Shown: in pieces, positions 37,341-46,942 of the stretch | Layout: the number at the start of each line of letters is the position of its first letter | How positions within the stretch are numbered: the first letter of the stretch is position 1 | Origin: a virus | Lineage: Duplodnaviria > Caudoviricetes | Direction: 5' to 3' (one strand) | DNA length: 64,000 bases | IMG/VR virus record: IMGVR_UViG_3300028805_002025 | Location: 160,001-224,000 of that record | Translations under genes and position numbers: made by a program | Notes under the pieces: generated by a model | What the model was told of the DNA's origin: nothing | The model's database searches: none | The model's input: only the letters and a program-made list of their open reading frames with translations

Positions 37341-39515
37341 TTAAGCTCCACGAACATACAACTTAGTACCGTCAGAAATAACATTTATTTCTCCATATTT
37401 TCCTATACCAATTGTAATTGGGTCTCCCAATAAAATGTATTGGCTACCTGATACAGTTACTGTTGCTTCGCTTCCAGAATTGTTTTTAACAAAAACATGT
37501 ATTTCATATCCATCTGGTAATGTATTACCGCTTAGTGAGAATGTATTTGAAGCACTACTTGTTTCTATTACTACTAATCTCTTAGTTGTTGGTATATTTG
37601 TCAATGATGTCAAACCAGTATTAGAGCCAGTATAGAAATCTGTAAATGACTTAGAAGCAGTAACTGCACTATTGGATTCAACAGCGCTTTCAATTGCCCC
37701 ACTAACACTTGCGTTATCAGTAATGGCACTAGTTATGATTGCTTCAACTCTAGTTTCAATTGTTGTACTTGAAGAAACTATATTCTCAACTGTCGGAGAG
37801 AAATCAGTAATTGCACTAGATTCATGAGTATGCACTAATGGAGCATAATCTCCCTTTGCTTGATACACCTCGCTATAGTCATGTGTATGGTTACCAGCTG
37901 CTACAGTACCTTCTGTAGTTCCTGTATTCAAAAATGCTGCATCACCAAGACCTGGAACTGATATGGTATTTTGTAACTCTCCATTTACTGTAAGGGTAAG
38001 ACTACCATTAGTAGAACCGCTTCCAAGAGAAACTGAAGAAACACCTCCAGCCACAGCATCATCAACCTTTCTCTCTAACTTTCCAATTGCTACATTAAGA
38101 GAATCACTAGTTGAAATGTTAGAAGCAGAAGTTGCCTTCTCATATCCACTCATACTTGTAATAGCGCTTGATGCATAAGTCTGACTACTAATCTTGTTGT
38201 CAATTGAATTCTTATCATAAGTATAGCCGCTTACTATTGCTTCTACAGCACCATTTACAGAAGAATCCTCTTCAATTACCTTCGTTATTGAATTGATAAC
38301 CTCTGTATTGCTACTAACTGCATTTGAAATGGCATCACTAAGTCCATTAACGTTAGTTGCAGAAACCGATTCAGCAGATGCTGCTGTAGTTGAGCTATAA
38401 GCGTTTCTAACAACAACTGTAGATGATGAACCACTCAATTCATCCCTTGTAAAATAGTTATCTGGGTTGAAAATGTCAGTCAATGATAGACTTATATCCT
38501 CTTTACCTGCATCAGTATTAAATGTTATGACAAGGTTAGAACCGCTAATTGTAACATTGTCAACCATTCCATCTTTAATGAAATCTGTTGCGTCTATATA
38601 ATCTATTACACTAGTTTTTGCAGATGTTGCATAGAAATTGATTCTCTTAGAATCGCTATCATATTCAACCTCGCCAAACTTGTTTGATGTAGCAGTGTCA
38701 ATTGCGTTTTGTACCGCAGTATCGCTTGTAATTGCACTTGTGATTGCTGAATTAACTGCATCGATTACTGCTTGGTTTTCCGTAATTGCAGATGCAACAA
38801 GTCCATTAACTTGACTTTCCTTAACATATCCAGGAGAGTTTGTGAAAGCACTTAAATCAGTTGGAATATCATTACTCTTTGCATATCTTTCATCGAGCAC
38901 ATCATTAGTAAATGCTGATATGACATTGTTAACAGATTTCTCAACTTCAGTATTGCTTGAAATAACTTGTGTTATTGAGCTAATTACTTCTTGGCTGTTA
39001 GTTATAGAACTAGAAACAATGTTAGTTACAGCATTAATCACATCACCATTAGTAGATACTGCATTAGATACGCCATCGTTGAAATCATTAATATCGTTAT
39101 ATTGGTGTTTGTGTCCACTGTCTGACTTACCATTAAGTAACTCAGTCAATTCTTCCGTGTCAGTATATGCTGTAAGTTTGTTTGACACAATTGTTTCCAC
39201 CATACCGCTAACTGCATCGTCTTCACTGATAATTTTGGTAATTGCACTTATTACAGTGTCATCGTTTTCAATTGCATTAGAAATCTTATCATCCAATGCT
39301 TCTTTAACTCCCTGGTCATTCTTTATAGAATCTTCAATTTTGTCGTTAAGTTCACTATTGTCAACTTTTGCTGCTAATCCATCTGTAACAGCCTTTTGAG
39401 ACATGATGTCTGTCATTGAAGAACCAGTTGTTTGAACAGGCACAATTGGTTGTATTGTATAGTTAGTAAGAGTTACAAATTGGCCTTGCTCGTTCTTATA
39501 TTTTAAAACTGCCAT
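37341..39515 (-). CDS. Fibre shaft protein
   Basis: N-terminal MAVLKYKN..GQF; V..AI...I repeats; HxH motifs; C-terminal ...GEINVI.DG.KLYVRGA. Confidence 0.75.
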   Translation of the reverse strand: MAVLKYKNEQGQFVTLTNYTIQPIVPVQTTGSSMTDIMSQKAVTDGLAAKVDNSELNDKIEDSIKNDQGVKEALDDKISNAIENDDTVISAITKIISEDDAVSGMVETIVSNKLTAYTDTEELTELLNGKSDSGHKHQYNDINDFNDGVSNAVSTNGDVINAVTNIVSSSITNSQEVISSITQVISSNTEVEKSVNNVISAFTNDVLDERYAKSNDIPTDLSAFTNSPGYVKESQVNGLVASAITENQAVIDAVNSAITSAITSDTAVQNAIDTATSNKFGEVEYDSDSKRINFYATSAKTSVIDYIDATDFIKDGMVDNVTISGSNLVITFNTDAGKEDISLSLTDIFNPDNYFTRDELSGSSSTVVVRNAYSSTTAASAESVSATNVNGLSDAISNAVSSNTEVINSITKVIEEDSSVNGAVEAIVSGYTYDKNSIDNKISSQTYASSAITSMSGYEKATSASNISTSDSLNVAIGKLERKVDDAVAGGVSSVSLGSGSTNGSLTLTVNGELQNTISVPGLGDAAFLNTGTTEGTVAAGNHTHDYSEVYQAKGDYAPLVHTHESSAITDFSPTVENIVSSSTTIETRVEAIITSAITDNASVSGAIESAVESNSAVTASKSFTDFYTGSNTGLTSLTNIPTTKRLVVIETSSASNTFSLSGNTLPDGYEIHVFVKNNSGSEATVTVSGSQYILLGDPITIGIGKYGEINVISDGTKLYVRGA

Positions 39516-39802
39516 AATTTATTATGTTTTATTAAATTTATTATTTTATAAGTTATATATTATCAATAGTAAATCCTGTTGAACTCCGACCAACAAATCT
39601 TGTTCAACCAATATATTTTTTAACTGTTTATATACTGTTTTTAATCATAAAATTTTAATTATCATTTAAAATATTATTTTTCTTACTTGGATATACATCC
39701 CTTATAATTGACAATGCTGTCAGACTTCAGAAAAAATATAAATTAAATATAATTTCTTTTTATATAAATAGTTAATTAATCTAATTAATTATGTTTTTTA
39801 AT

Positions 39803-39840
39803 AAAAAAAATGAGCAACTATTATTGTTGCTCATTTTTTT
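39803..39840. terminator. Intrinsic terminator
   Basis: AAAAAAAATGAGCAAC-tattatt-GTTGCTCATTTTTTT. Confidence 0.85.
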
Positions 39841-39878
39841 GTTACTATTTGTATAAACTGTTATGTTGCAGCCTAAAT

Positions 39879-42719
39879 TCATCCTATTTGTGTTATTCTC
39901 ACATAGCCATTACCAGAGTGGCCTGTCTCACTACCGCTGGACGTTGATGGGAATGACGTGTTGCCGCCTTTGGTCTCAGCATTGGAAAGATAATAATCGC
40001 TACCAAGGATATAACCACTTGGCTTATAACTACTTGAAGTTAATACATAGCCAGAGCCTCCTCCAGCAGGACCTCTACGTGCGCCGCCGCCGCCGTACCA
40101 ACCGCCGCCACCGCCAGCGATTCTACTAGATGTGTCAGTTGTGGAATTTCCTCCTCCAGTTCCAAACGATGCTGAAACTGGTCCAGTTCCATCAACAGCA
40201 GCACCTGGAGCTGATTGACCGCCTCCAGTACCATATCCTTGATAATAGCTAGAAGGAGTGCCTCCACTTGTTCCTCCTCCATAACCACCAGGATAGTAGT
40301 ACTGTGCAGTGCTTCTGGTTCCGCCGCCACCGCCGCCACCAGCTACTATAGCACGTGCATATAAACTATCTGTACCTATTCTAATATCTGACGCGCCTCC
40401 GCCAGCACCATTGTTATAGTTACTACTTGGAGCATATGCTCTACCTCCTCCATTGAAACCTCCGTTTATTATTTGTCCAGTAGAACTACCGCCTGAGCCT
40501 CCTACATAAACATACACTGTAGTGGCAGTATTTAATGTTAAAGTTCCTTTAGAATAGCCACCTTTACCACCAGCCGAAGAAGTGGAGCTATATCCAGCGC
40601 CTCCTTGCGCTCCCCAACATTCAAATGTATATGTACCTGGTTGTAGAATAACGGTCTGTTTAGAACCAGTATAAGTATAGTTGTTTATAATAGGCTCAAA
40701 TTGGCCTTCAATGGTTATGCCATAACTACCAGATGCATCATTATAGTTTGTACCTCCAGTAATTGTAGCTGTAATTGTCACACTTCCTTGTGCTACTCCT
40801 GTAACAACTCCGCTACTATTAACCGTTGCCTTGCTTGTGTCAGAAGAAGAATAAGTTAATGTTCCATCAGATGAACCAGCAGATACATTTGCTACATTTG
40901 ATACCGTACTACCAACAGTGACAGATGTTGTTGGGTTAGAGAAGGTTACAGTACGGCTGGCTTTGTACACTTGAACTGTTACATAACTTGACCAAGGTGA
41001 CGCATTGTAATTTGCATTGCCAGTCCAACGTGCCCTAGTTGTGTGAGAGCCAACAGAAGTCTGAGACTGTGCGCTTTCCCACTCTATAGAGCCTACGCCA
41101 CCACCGCCACTAGCTGTTGCAGTTGCAGTAGTTGGATATGTAGTCGTAGCACCTACAGCAGTTGGTGCTGATTGGTCTGCCTTGGCAATCGTTGTGCTTG
41201 CGCTTGCTGCATTCGTTCCACCACTATGATTTGAATCTGGAACTGCTTTCCACCAAGTAACATATGTTCCAGCATTTGTCTGTGTTGGAACTGTAGTTGT
41301 ATAAGTACCTGTCTGTGAAGCACTATACTCTATAGAGCCGCCATTTGCAGTGCCTCCACTCATCAATGCTCTTGCAGTATTATCATAGGTATACGTAGTG
41401 GCACTTGGTGCAATATAAGTCATAGCTGCCTTTGCAATAGAACAAGCTACACTACTAGAAGCGGTACAACATACATTAGTGTTGCCAGTTACCTTCCAAT
41501 ACACAGTGTATGATGTAGCATTTGTTCCACTAGGTACTGATGTGCTCCAAGACGAATTATCTGTAGAGTATACCATTGTACCGAAAGAAGTATAACCAGC
41601 ATTTACAAGTGCTTGAGCACTACCATTCCAAGTAAGACTCTTTGCTGTAGGCGCAGTACATTCTGCACAAGTAATCGTAAATGTCTTGCTACCACTTACA
41701 GTATAATTACCACCAGCGTTATCAGTAATGGTACAAGTACCAGTACCTACATTAGTATTGTTACTATAACTTACAGTATATTCACTGCTTGCAATAGTCA
41801 CGCTATCATCCTTAACCGTTGGGGTTGGCTGATAAGCGGTGTTGTTGTACACATACGAATTTTGAGATAATGTTATGATAGGACTGCTTACGGTCTTAGG
41901 GAATACAGTAGTACTAATACTAGCTGATGCCTTATCATTATGGTTTGAATCTCCTACAATTCTCCAATATGTTGTATAAGTACTAGCATTGGTCTGTGAA
42001 GGTATGGTAGCACCCCAAGTACTGTTGTCGCTACTATATTGCATTGTACCGTCACTAGTAGAGCCACCATTCAACAATGCCTTTGAAGTTGTATCATAAG
42101 TTCTGTCGTTTGCTGTAGGTGAAGTATATGCTGGGTCAGCCTTTGCTATTGAAACTGATATACTATTTGCTGCAACATCATTTATGTTAGAATCTCCAAC
42201 AACTATATAATAAACAGTATAAGATGCGGCGTTAATACCACTTGGAATTGATGTACTATATGATGAATTATCCAAACTATACTGTAATGTACCGTAGTTT
42301 GTAGAACCTGCATTAACCAATGCTTGTGCTGAACCATTATAAGTTAAACTCTTTGCTGTTGGCGCAACTACTGTTGGCGTTACTTTGTTAATTATAAACG
42401 TGCCGTTTGCTGTACCTTCATAATCGCCAACACCAGATATAACTACCTCATATGAACCAGCATTTATACCTCCAAAGTTTTGTGTAACGATATAGTCAGT
42501 GTTTTCTATTAAAGTAACACCATTTAATCTAACAGTAATGTCTTGCGCTATTTGATTACTACCATTATACGTAACGCTAGCACAAGTTACTATGGCATCA
42601 TCAATAGGCTTACTAAGTGGATATAATAATGTGTAGCCAAGGTACAATTTTACATCATTGTTGCCTAGTTTTAGACTCTTAACATTTAAATCTCCAATAT
42701 AGAATTTGCTATTAGCCAT
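39879..42719 (-). CDS. Fibre-tip adhesin B: MBG/Ig-like repeats, Big_2 and glycine-rich domain
   Basis: N-terminal half paralogous to 34679..37252; C-terminal part paralogous to 28210..29352. Confidence 0.8.
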   Translation of the reverse strand: MANSKFYIGDLNVKSLKLGNNDVKLYLGYTLLYPLSKPIDDAIVTCASVTYNGSNQIAQDITVRLNGVTLIENTDYIVTQNFGGINAGSYEVVISGVGDYEGTANGTFIINKVTPTVVAPTAKSLTYNGSAQALVNAGSTNYGTLQYSLDNSSYSTSIPSGINAASYTVYYIVVGDSNINDVAANSISVSIAKADPAYTSPTANDRTYDTTSKALLNGGSTSDGTMQYSSDNSTWGATIPSQTNASTYTTYWRIVGDSNHNDKASASISTTVFPKTVSSPIITLSQNSYVYNNTAYQPTPTVKDDSVTIASSEYTVSYSNNTNVGTGTCTITDNAGGNYTVSGSKTFTITCAECTAPTAKSLTWNGSAQALVNAGYTSFGTMVYSTDNSSWSTSVPSGTNATSYTVYWKVTGNTNVCCTASSSVACSIAKAAMTYIAPSATTYTYDNTARALMSGGTANGGSIEYSASQTGTYTTTVPTQTNAGTYVTWWKAVPDSNHSGGTNAASASTTIAKADQSAPTAVGATTTYPTTATATASGGGGVGSIEWESAQSQTSVGSHTTRARWTGNANYNASPWSSYVTVQVYKASRTVTFSNPTTSVTVGSTVSNVANVSAGSSDGTLTYSSSDTSKATVNSSGVVTGVAQGSVTITATITGGTNYNDASGSYGITIEGQFEPIINNYTYTGSKQTVILQPGTYTFECWGAQGGAGYSSTSSAGGKGGYSKGTLTLNTATTVYVYVGGSGGSSTGQIINGGFNGGGRAYAPSSNYNNGAGGGASDIRIGTDSLYARAIVAGGGGGGGTRSTAQYYYPGGYGGGTSGGTPSSYYQGYGTGGGQSAPGAAVDGTGPVSASFGTGGGNSTTDTSSRIAGGGGGWYGGGGARRGPAGGGSGYVLTSSSYKPSGYILGSDYYLSNAETKGGNTSFPSTSSGSETGHSGNGYVRITQIG

Positions 42720-42731
42720 AACAATGAATTA

Positions 42732-43733
42732 TTAATCTGTTATTATGTATAATGTATTTTCATCTTTTGACTGAAGATTTGTATAATCTGTTTGAGAAAT
42801 CTTCATAAGTCGTATTCCGTCAAACCTACTTTCTAGCTTTCCAATTGCTTGGTTCAATGTGTCACTAGTTTGTATTGGACTAACAGTGCCCCCACTTGAA
42901 TAACCAGTCATTGCTGAAATTGTGTTTGATGCTTGTTCATGACTATTACTTGCATATTCACTGTGAGTGTGATTTCCAACAGCAACTGTACTGTTTGTAG
43001 TGCCAGTGTTTAGGAATGCCGCATTACCAAGTCCTGTTACATTAACATCTACCCCCTCAACAGAAATAGTACCGTTTGAAGAGCCACTTGTAAAGTCCAA
43101 TGCACCAGTATTAATATCAGTACTTAGTACTTGTGTTCCGTTAACATTTACATCACGCCAAGTATTAGTATCTGGTACATTTGTGTTACCGCTTGTAACA
43201 CGTCCATAATCATCTACAACAACGGAGCTATATATGCCAGCAGTTCCTGTTGTTGCAAGACTAATACTTTGGCTACCGTTTTCTTTTGCCCCAACAGAAA
43301 TACCAGTTCCATTTGTAACACCACTCAACGCACCAAGTCCTGTTAAATCAGAAATTGTAACGTCAGTGCCAGCAGTGATATGCCCATATGAATCTGAAGA
43401 AAGTTTCTTAAACCCATTTTGAGAGATACCATTAGCGTGTGTTATTGTAATAGTCCTACCACTAGCGGCTTTATCACTTAATGATACTAAAATTTTAGTA
43501 TCGCTAGTGACACTTACTACATCCCCACTATCAGCGTATGATTCAGCTTCAGCAAGGGCAGATATACAATTAATGAATGGTATTATGGTATCGTTTGAAT
43601 TCTTAATGTAAAGAACCTCATTACCAGCCCCATATCCAACAGCTATTTCTCCATATAACAAATCAGCAGCAGATGGTGCTGTAGTACCACTGCTCTTTAA
43701 ATGAGAAATATGTCTAGCTATATTTTTTGCCAT
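42732..43733 (-). CDS. Fibre connector protein
   Basis: N-terminal HISHLKS...P....L.YGEIAVGY....LYIKN; VVDDYGRVTSG fibre repeat; C-terminal Y..L..KDENTLYII. Confidence 0.75.
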   Translation of the reverse strand: MAKNIARHISHLKSSGTTAPSAADLLYGEIAVGYGAGNEVLYIKNSNDTIIPFINCISALAEAESYADSGDVVSVTSDTKILVSLSDKAASGRTITITHANGISQNGFKKLSSDSYGHITAGTDVTISDLTGLGALSGVTNGTGISVGAKENGSQSISLATTGTAGIYSSVVVDDYGRVTSGNTNVPDTNTWRDVNVNGTQVLSTDINTGALDFTSGSSNGTISVEGVDVNVTGLGNAAFLNTGTTNSTVAVGNHTHSEYASNSHEQASNTISAMTGYSSGGTVSPIQTSDTLNQAIGKLESRFDGIRLMKISQTDYTNLQSKDENTLYIITD

Positions 43734-43812
43734 ATTTGAAAATGTATTAATTTTAAAAAATTAAGTGGATAATTTTATAAAAATATCCACCTAATTTATT
43801 TTATGTGATAAT

Positions 43813-46005
43813 TTAATCAAATGTTCCACAATCATATATGTTTGAAAGTTTCAAACCATCGTTTTCTATGGTAAGTCTTCCACTATCATTAGATGCAGAA
43901 AGTGTCAATTCTATTGTGCTTGCAAAGCCATCCTCATTAGGGGTTTCTGTTACGGCAATACCGCCATTAGCACTTGTAATTGTTCGTCCAGAAATAGCGG
44001 ATTTTCTTGCAGCAATTTCGCTCTTCAAACTTGCATATAGATTTTCTATACCAGTTTGTACAGAATCTGTTGCAGACACACCACTTACCTTTGCAGCACC
44101 ACTTGTAATATCAGCCTCTGCGGTCAATCCACTAATCTTTGAAGCATCTGTTTCAATGTTATATGTTTTATTGCCAACTGCATCATCTATAGAGGCTGCG
44201 ATACTACCATTATTTGACGTAATAGCAGTAACAGTTTTTCCACTCAATGCTTCAAGGTCATTAGCATTTGCAATGTTGCTTTCGCTAACTGTAACGGCGG
44301 TAATCTTACCATCAACCTCTTCAACTCCAACGGTTACGTGGGTAGAATTGCCACTAACATCAGCATCAAGTCCTGCTACAGAATTGGCAAGAATAGCATC
44401 AGCATATCTCTTAGCACCTTCAATAGAAGTGTCACCACTTACTGAACTAGAATTTCCGCTTAATGCTGCAAATTCTTCAGCAACTGCCTGTGCAGATGCA
44501 ATGTCATCCTCAGTAACTGTAACGGCAGTCAATACGCCATCAGCTTCTCCTACTGTTACAGAAATGTGAGTTGTAGCACCGCTTTCAACAGCATCAAGAG
44601 CATTAACTGCTCCGTCAATAGCGTCTTGTACACCAGAAAGCTTGAAACCATTAGCCCCAACAGTCAAGAATGCTTCAGAAGATGGGTCTACAACACCATG
44701 AGCAACATGGTCTGTAACTGTAATGCCACTAGCAAATTCAGCCTCCAAAACAAGTGAAGAAATATCGACATATTCAGTCTGGGTATTACCGCTTACGTCA
44801 ATGTAAGTATATTTAAGATTCTGATCATGTATGTCTGATGAATCCGTAATATATTCAATACTTACAACTGAGCTGTCTTTATAAACCTTAATTGAAGCAC
44901 CCAATTGGCTTCCATCAGTTCCAATAAGTGCAAACTCTTCTTTAACCGTTGTTGAAGAAGGAGTTATACCACTCAACTTGATGTCAGTATAAACACCAGC
45001 ATCACCATCTTTTGCAAGCACGTGCTCATTAGTTTTGATATTAACACTAATGTCAGTTCCACTTACAGTAGGTGTTACATTAATAGAACCGTCTTCGTCA
45101 TTAATAGTAATGGAAGCTGTTTTATTTTCTAATTTACTCAATGCAACGTTGATTGTGTCATCAGAAGCAATGCTACCAGTATCATTGGTTTTTGAATATC
45201 CACCAAGTTGCAAATCTTTAACGTTGGTTTTTGTTTCAGATACAACGCCATCAGACTCAGATACTGTTGTTACAACCTTACCATTTTCAGCAGAAGCTGC
45301 CTTATCCATTTCATGAATGGTCTTCTGTAATTTACCAAGAGCTTCACCTAGAGTATCACCTGTAGCCACATCAGCAACAGAAGAAGCCTCAGCATATCCA
45401 GCTAATTTAATACCACTAATATTAACAGATGTGCCGCTTACTGCGCCGTCAGTCTGATTAAGGCTTACAAGAACCTTATTATCATCAGCAGCTAGATTAT
45501 AGTCAAGTGCCTCAATTGCAGCCTCTCTAGCATCTTCTTCTGCGTCTATCTGATTCTCAAGTTTTGCAATTGCTTGATTAATTGAATCCGTAGAAACAAC
45601 AGAACCACTATCACTACCTTTTGCGTATTCAGTAAGTTTCAATGTGCCAACATTAGCAGTAAGGCCACTAATTTTTCCATCAGCTTGCTGAATTTGTGTT
45701 AATACTGATGAATCAGTACCGCCAATAGGTCCATAATCAAGGCCATCAAGTACGTTTTCGAACTCCTTGTCATTGTTAAAGAATGTAACTCCTGTAGTGT
45801 TACCATTTACATAAACCACTCCAAGTATTGTGCGCACTTCTGTGCTTTCTCCAACCGTTACTGTATAACGTCCAGCAATAGGGCTACCATCAAGAAGTTG
45901 GAGTTGTTGGGCTTTAGCAATCAAGCCTTTTTTTGCAGATGCCATATCCGAATAAGTGGATAAGTTAGCATTACGCAAAAATTGAATTGTTCTTAAATTT
46001 GCCAT
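43813..46005 (-). CDS. Fibre shaft protein
   Basis: N-terminal RTIQFLRN; three GY/EY.....D....A..KL repeats; C-terminal IYDCGTFD. Confidence 0.75.
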   Translation of the reverse strand: MANLRTIQFLRNANLSTYSDMASAKKGLIAKAQQLQLLDGSPIAGRYTVTVGESTEVRTILGVVYVNGNTTGVTFFNNDKEFENVLDGLDYGPIGGTDSSVLTQIQQADGKISGLTANVGTLKLTEYAKGSDSGSVVSTDSINQAIAKLENQIDAEEDAREAAIEALDYNLAADDNKVLVSLNQTDGAVSGTSVNISGIKLAGYAEASSVADVATGDTLGEALGKLQKTIHEMDKAASAENGKVVTTVSESDGVVSETKTNVKDLQLGGYSKTNDTGSIASDDTINVALSKLENKTASITINDEDGSINVTPTVSGTDISVNIKTNEHVLAKDGDAGVYTDIKLSGITPSSTTVKEEFALIGTDGSQLGASIKVYKDSSVVSIEYITDSSDIHDQNLKYTYIDVSGNTQTEYVDISSLVLEAEFASGITVTDHVAHGVVDPSSEAFLTVGANGFKLSGVQDAIDGAVNALDAVESGATTHISVTVGEADGVLTAVTVTEDDIASAQAVAEEFAALSGNSSSVSGDTSIEGAKRYADAILANSVAGLDADVSGNSTHVTVGVEEVDGKITAVTVSESNIANANDLEALSGKTVTAITSNNGSIAASIDDAVGNKTYNIETDASKISGLTAEADITSGAAKVSGVSATDSVQTGIENLYASLKSEIAARKSAISGRTITSANGGIAVTETPNEDGFASTIELTLSASNDSGRLTIENDGLKLSNIYDCGTFD

Positions 46006-46032
46006 AATTTTTTAAAATATTTTATTATTTAT

Positions 46033-46854
46033 TTATATTCTTCCTTCAAGAGTTCTCACTCTAGCCTCAAGGCTATTGTAATTGCTCTGTAATGTTGAAA
46101 CCCTTGATTCCAAAGCAGATACTCTTGATTCCAATGATGCAATTGCTGAATCATGCCTATTGTTTGCAGTGTTCCTATCAGCAATCTCATTGTCAAGCTT
46201 TCTCTCAATACGCTGTTCCTCTCCAGTTGCACGGCTCACCTCAGTATTGATAAGACCAAGTAAAACATTGTCTTGTGCAATCCTAGCCTCTCTTTCAACT
46301 CTCTCAGCTTCAAGTGCTCTGTTCTTCTCAACATCTATTGCCTCTTGAATATGGTTTATTGCTACGCCAGACGATGAAACGGTAAGAAAGTTTTCTCCAC
46401 TACCACTGACGAACTTCTCACTGCTAGGGTCAATTAAAACATTGAATTTAGCATTGTTGAGTATAAGACCATCGCCAGCTTCAAGATTATTAATTAAGTC
46501 ATTAAGGTCAATGTCAATCTTATCATCATTGTCAAATGTGATTATAAGGTGCTGTGTGTCCTTGTCATATTCGGCAGACTTGACGAGCTTGGAAGGTAAA
46601 ATGTCTGTCATCTTAATTGACGCAATGGCGTTTCCATCAAGATTTTTGAATATCACTGATTCCAAGTCATTGTCGTAGTATGCACTTCCGAACACCTCAG
46701 TATTATGTTTATTATAAAGGTCATCAATGCTATTAAATTCCTTTACATCATTCTCACGGCTTGCCCTCAACTCATCCTCTATCTGGAATCTCTTGCTCAT
46801 GTAGTCGTTTTCCTCGTCATAGCCATATGGCTCATACATTCTGTATTTTCCCAT
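46033..46854 (-). CDS. Fibre-associated coiled-coil protein
   Basis: AEYD.....LIITF module, E..RA...E repeats, C-terminal heptads (LESRVSALESRVSTLQ). Confidence 0.7.
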   Translation of the reverse strand: MGKYRMYEPYGYDEENDYMSKRFQIEDELRASRENDVKEFNSIDDLYNKHNTEVFGSAYYDNDLESVIFKNLDGNAIASIKMTDILPSKLVKSAEYDKDTQHLIITFDNDDKIDIDLNDLINNLEAGDGLILNNAKFNVLIDPSSEKFVSGSGENFLTVSSSGVAINHIQEAIDVEKNRALEAERVEREARIAQDNVLLGLINTEVSRATGEEQRIERKLDNEIADRNTANNRHDSAIASLESRVSALESRVSTLQSNYNSLEARVRTLEGRI

Positions 46855-46942
46855 AATAAAATAAATTTTGTTTTTATATAAATATCCCCACTCTATTATT
46901 TTTGTTTTTACAAAGTGGAGATATGTTTATAATTGTCATGGA

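Noticed and set aside
39680-39735. Hammerhead ribozyme in the long leader
   Set aside because: CUGAAGU does not fit CUGANGA, and the GAAA and stem order do not match the core.
28210-40340. The two Gly-rich 3' ends as a DGR template/variable repeat pair
   Set aside because: Both are coding, differences include indels and are not limited to adenines, and no reverse transcriptase is present.
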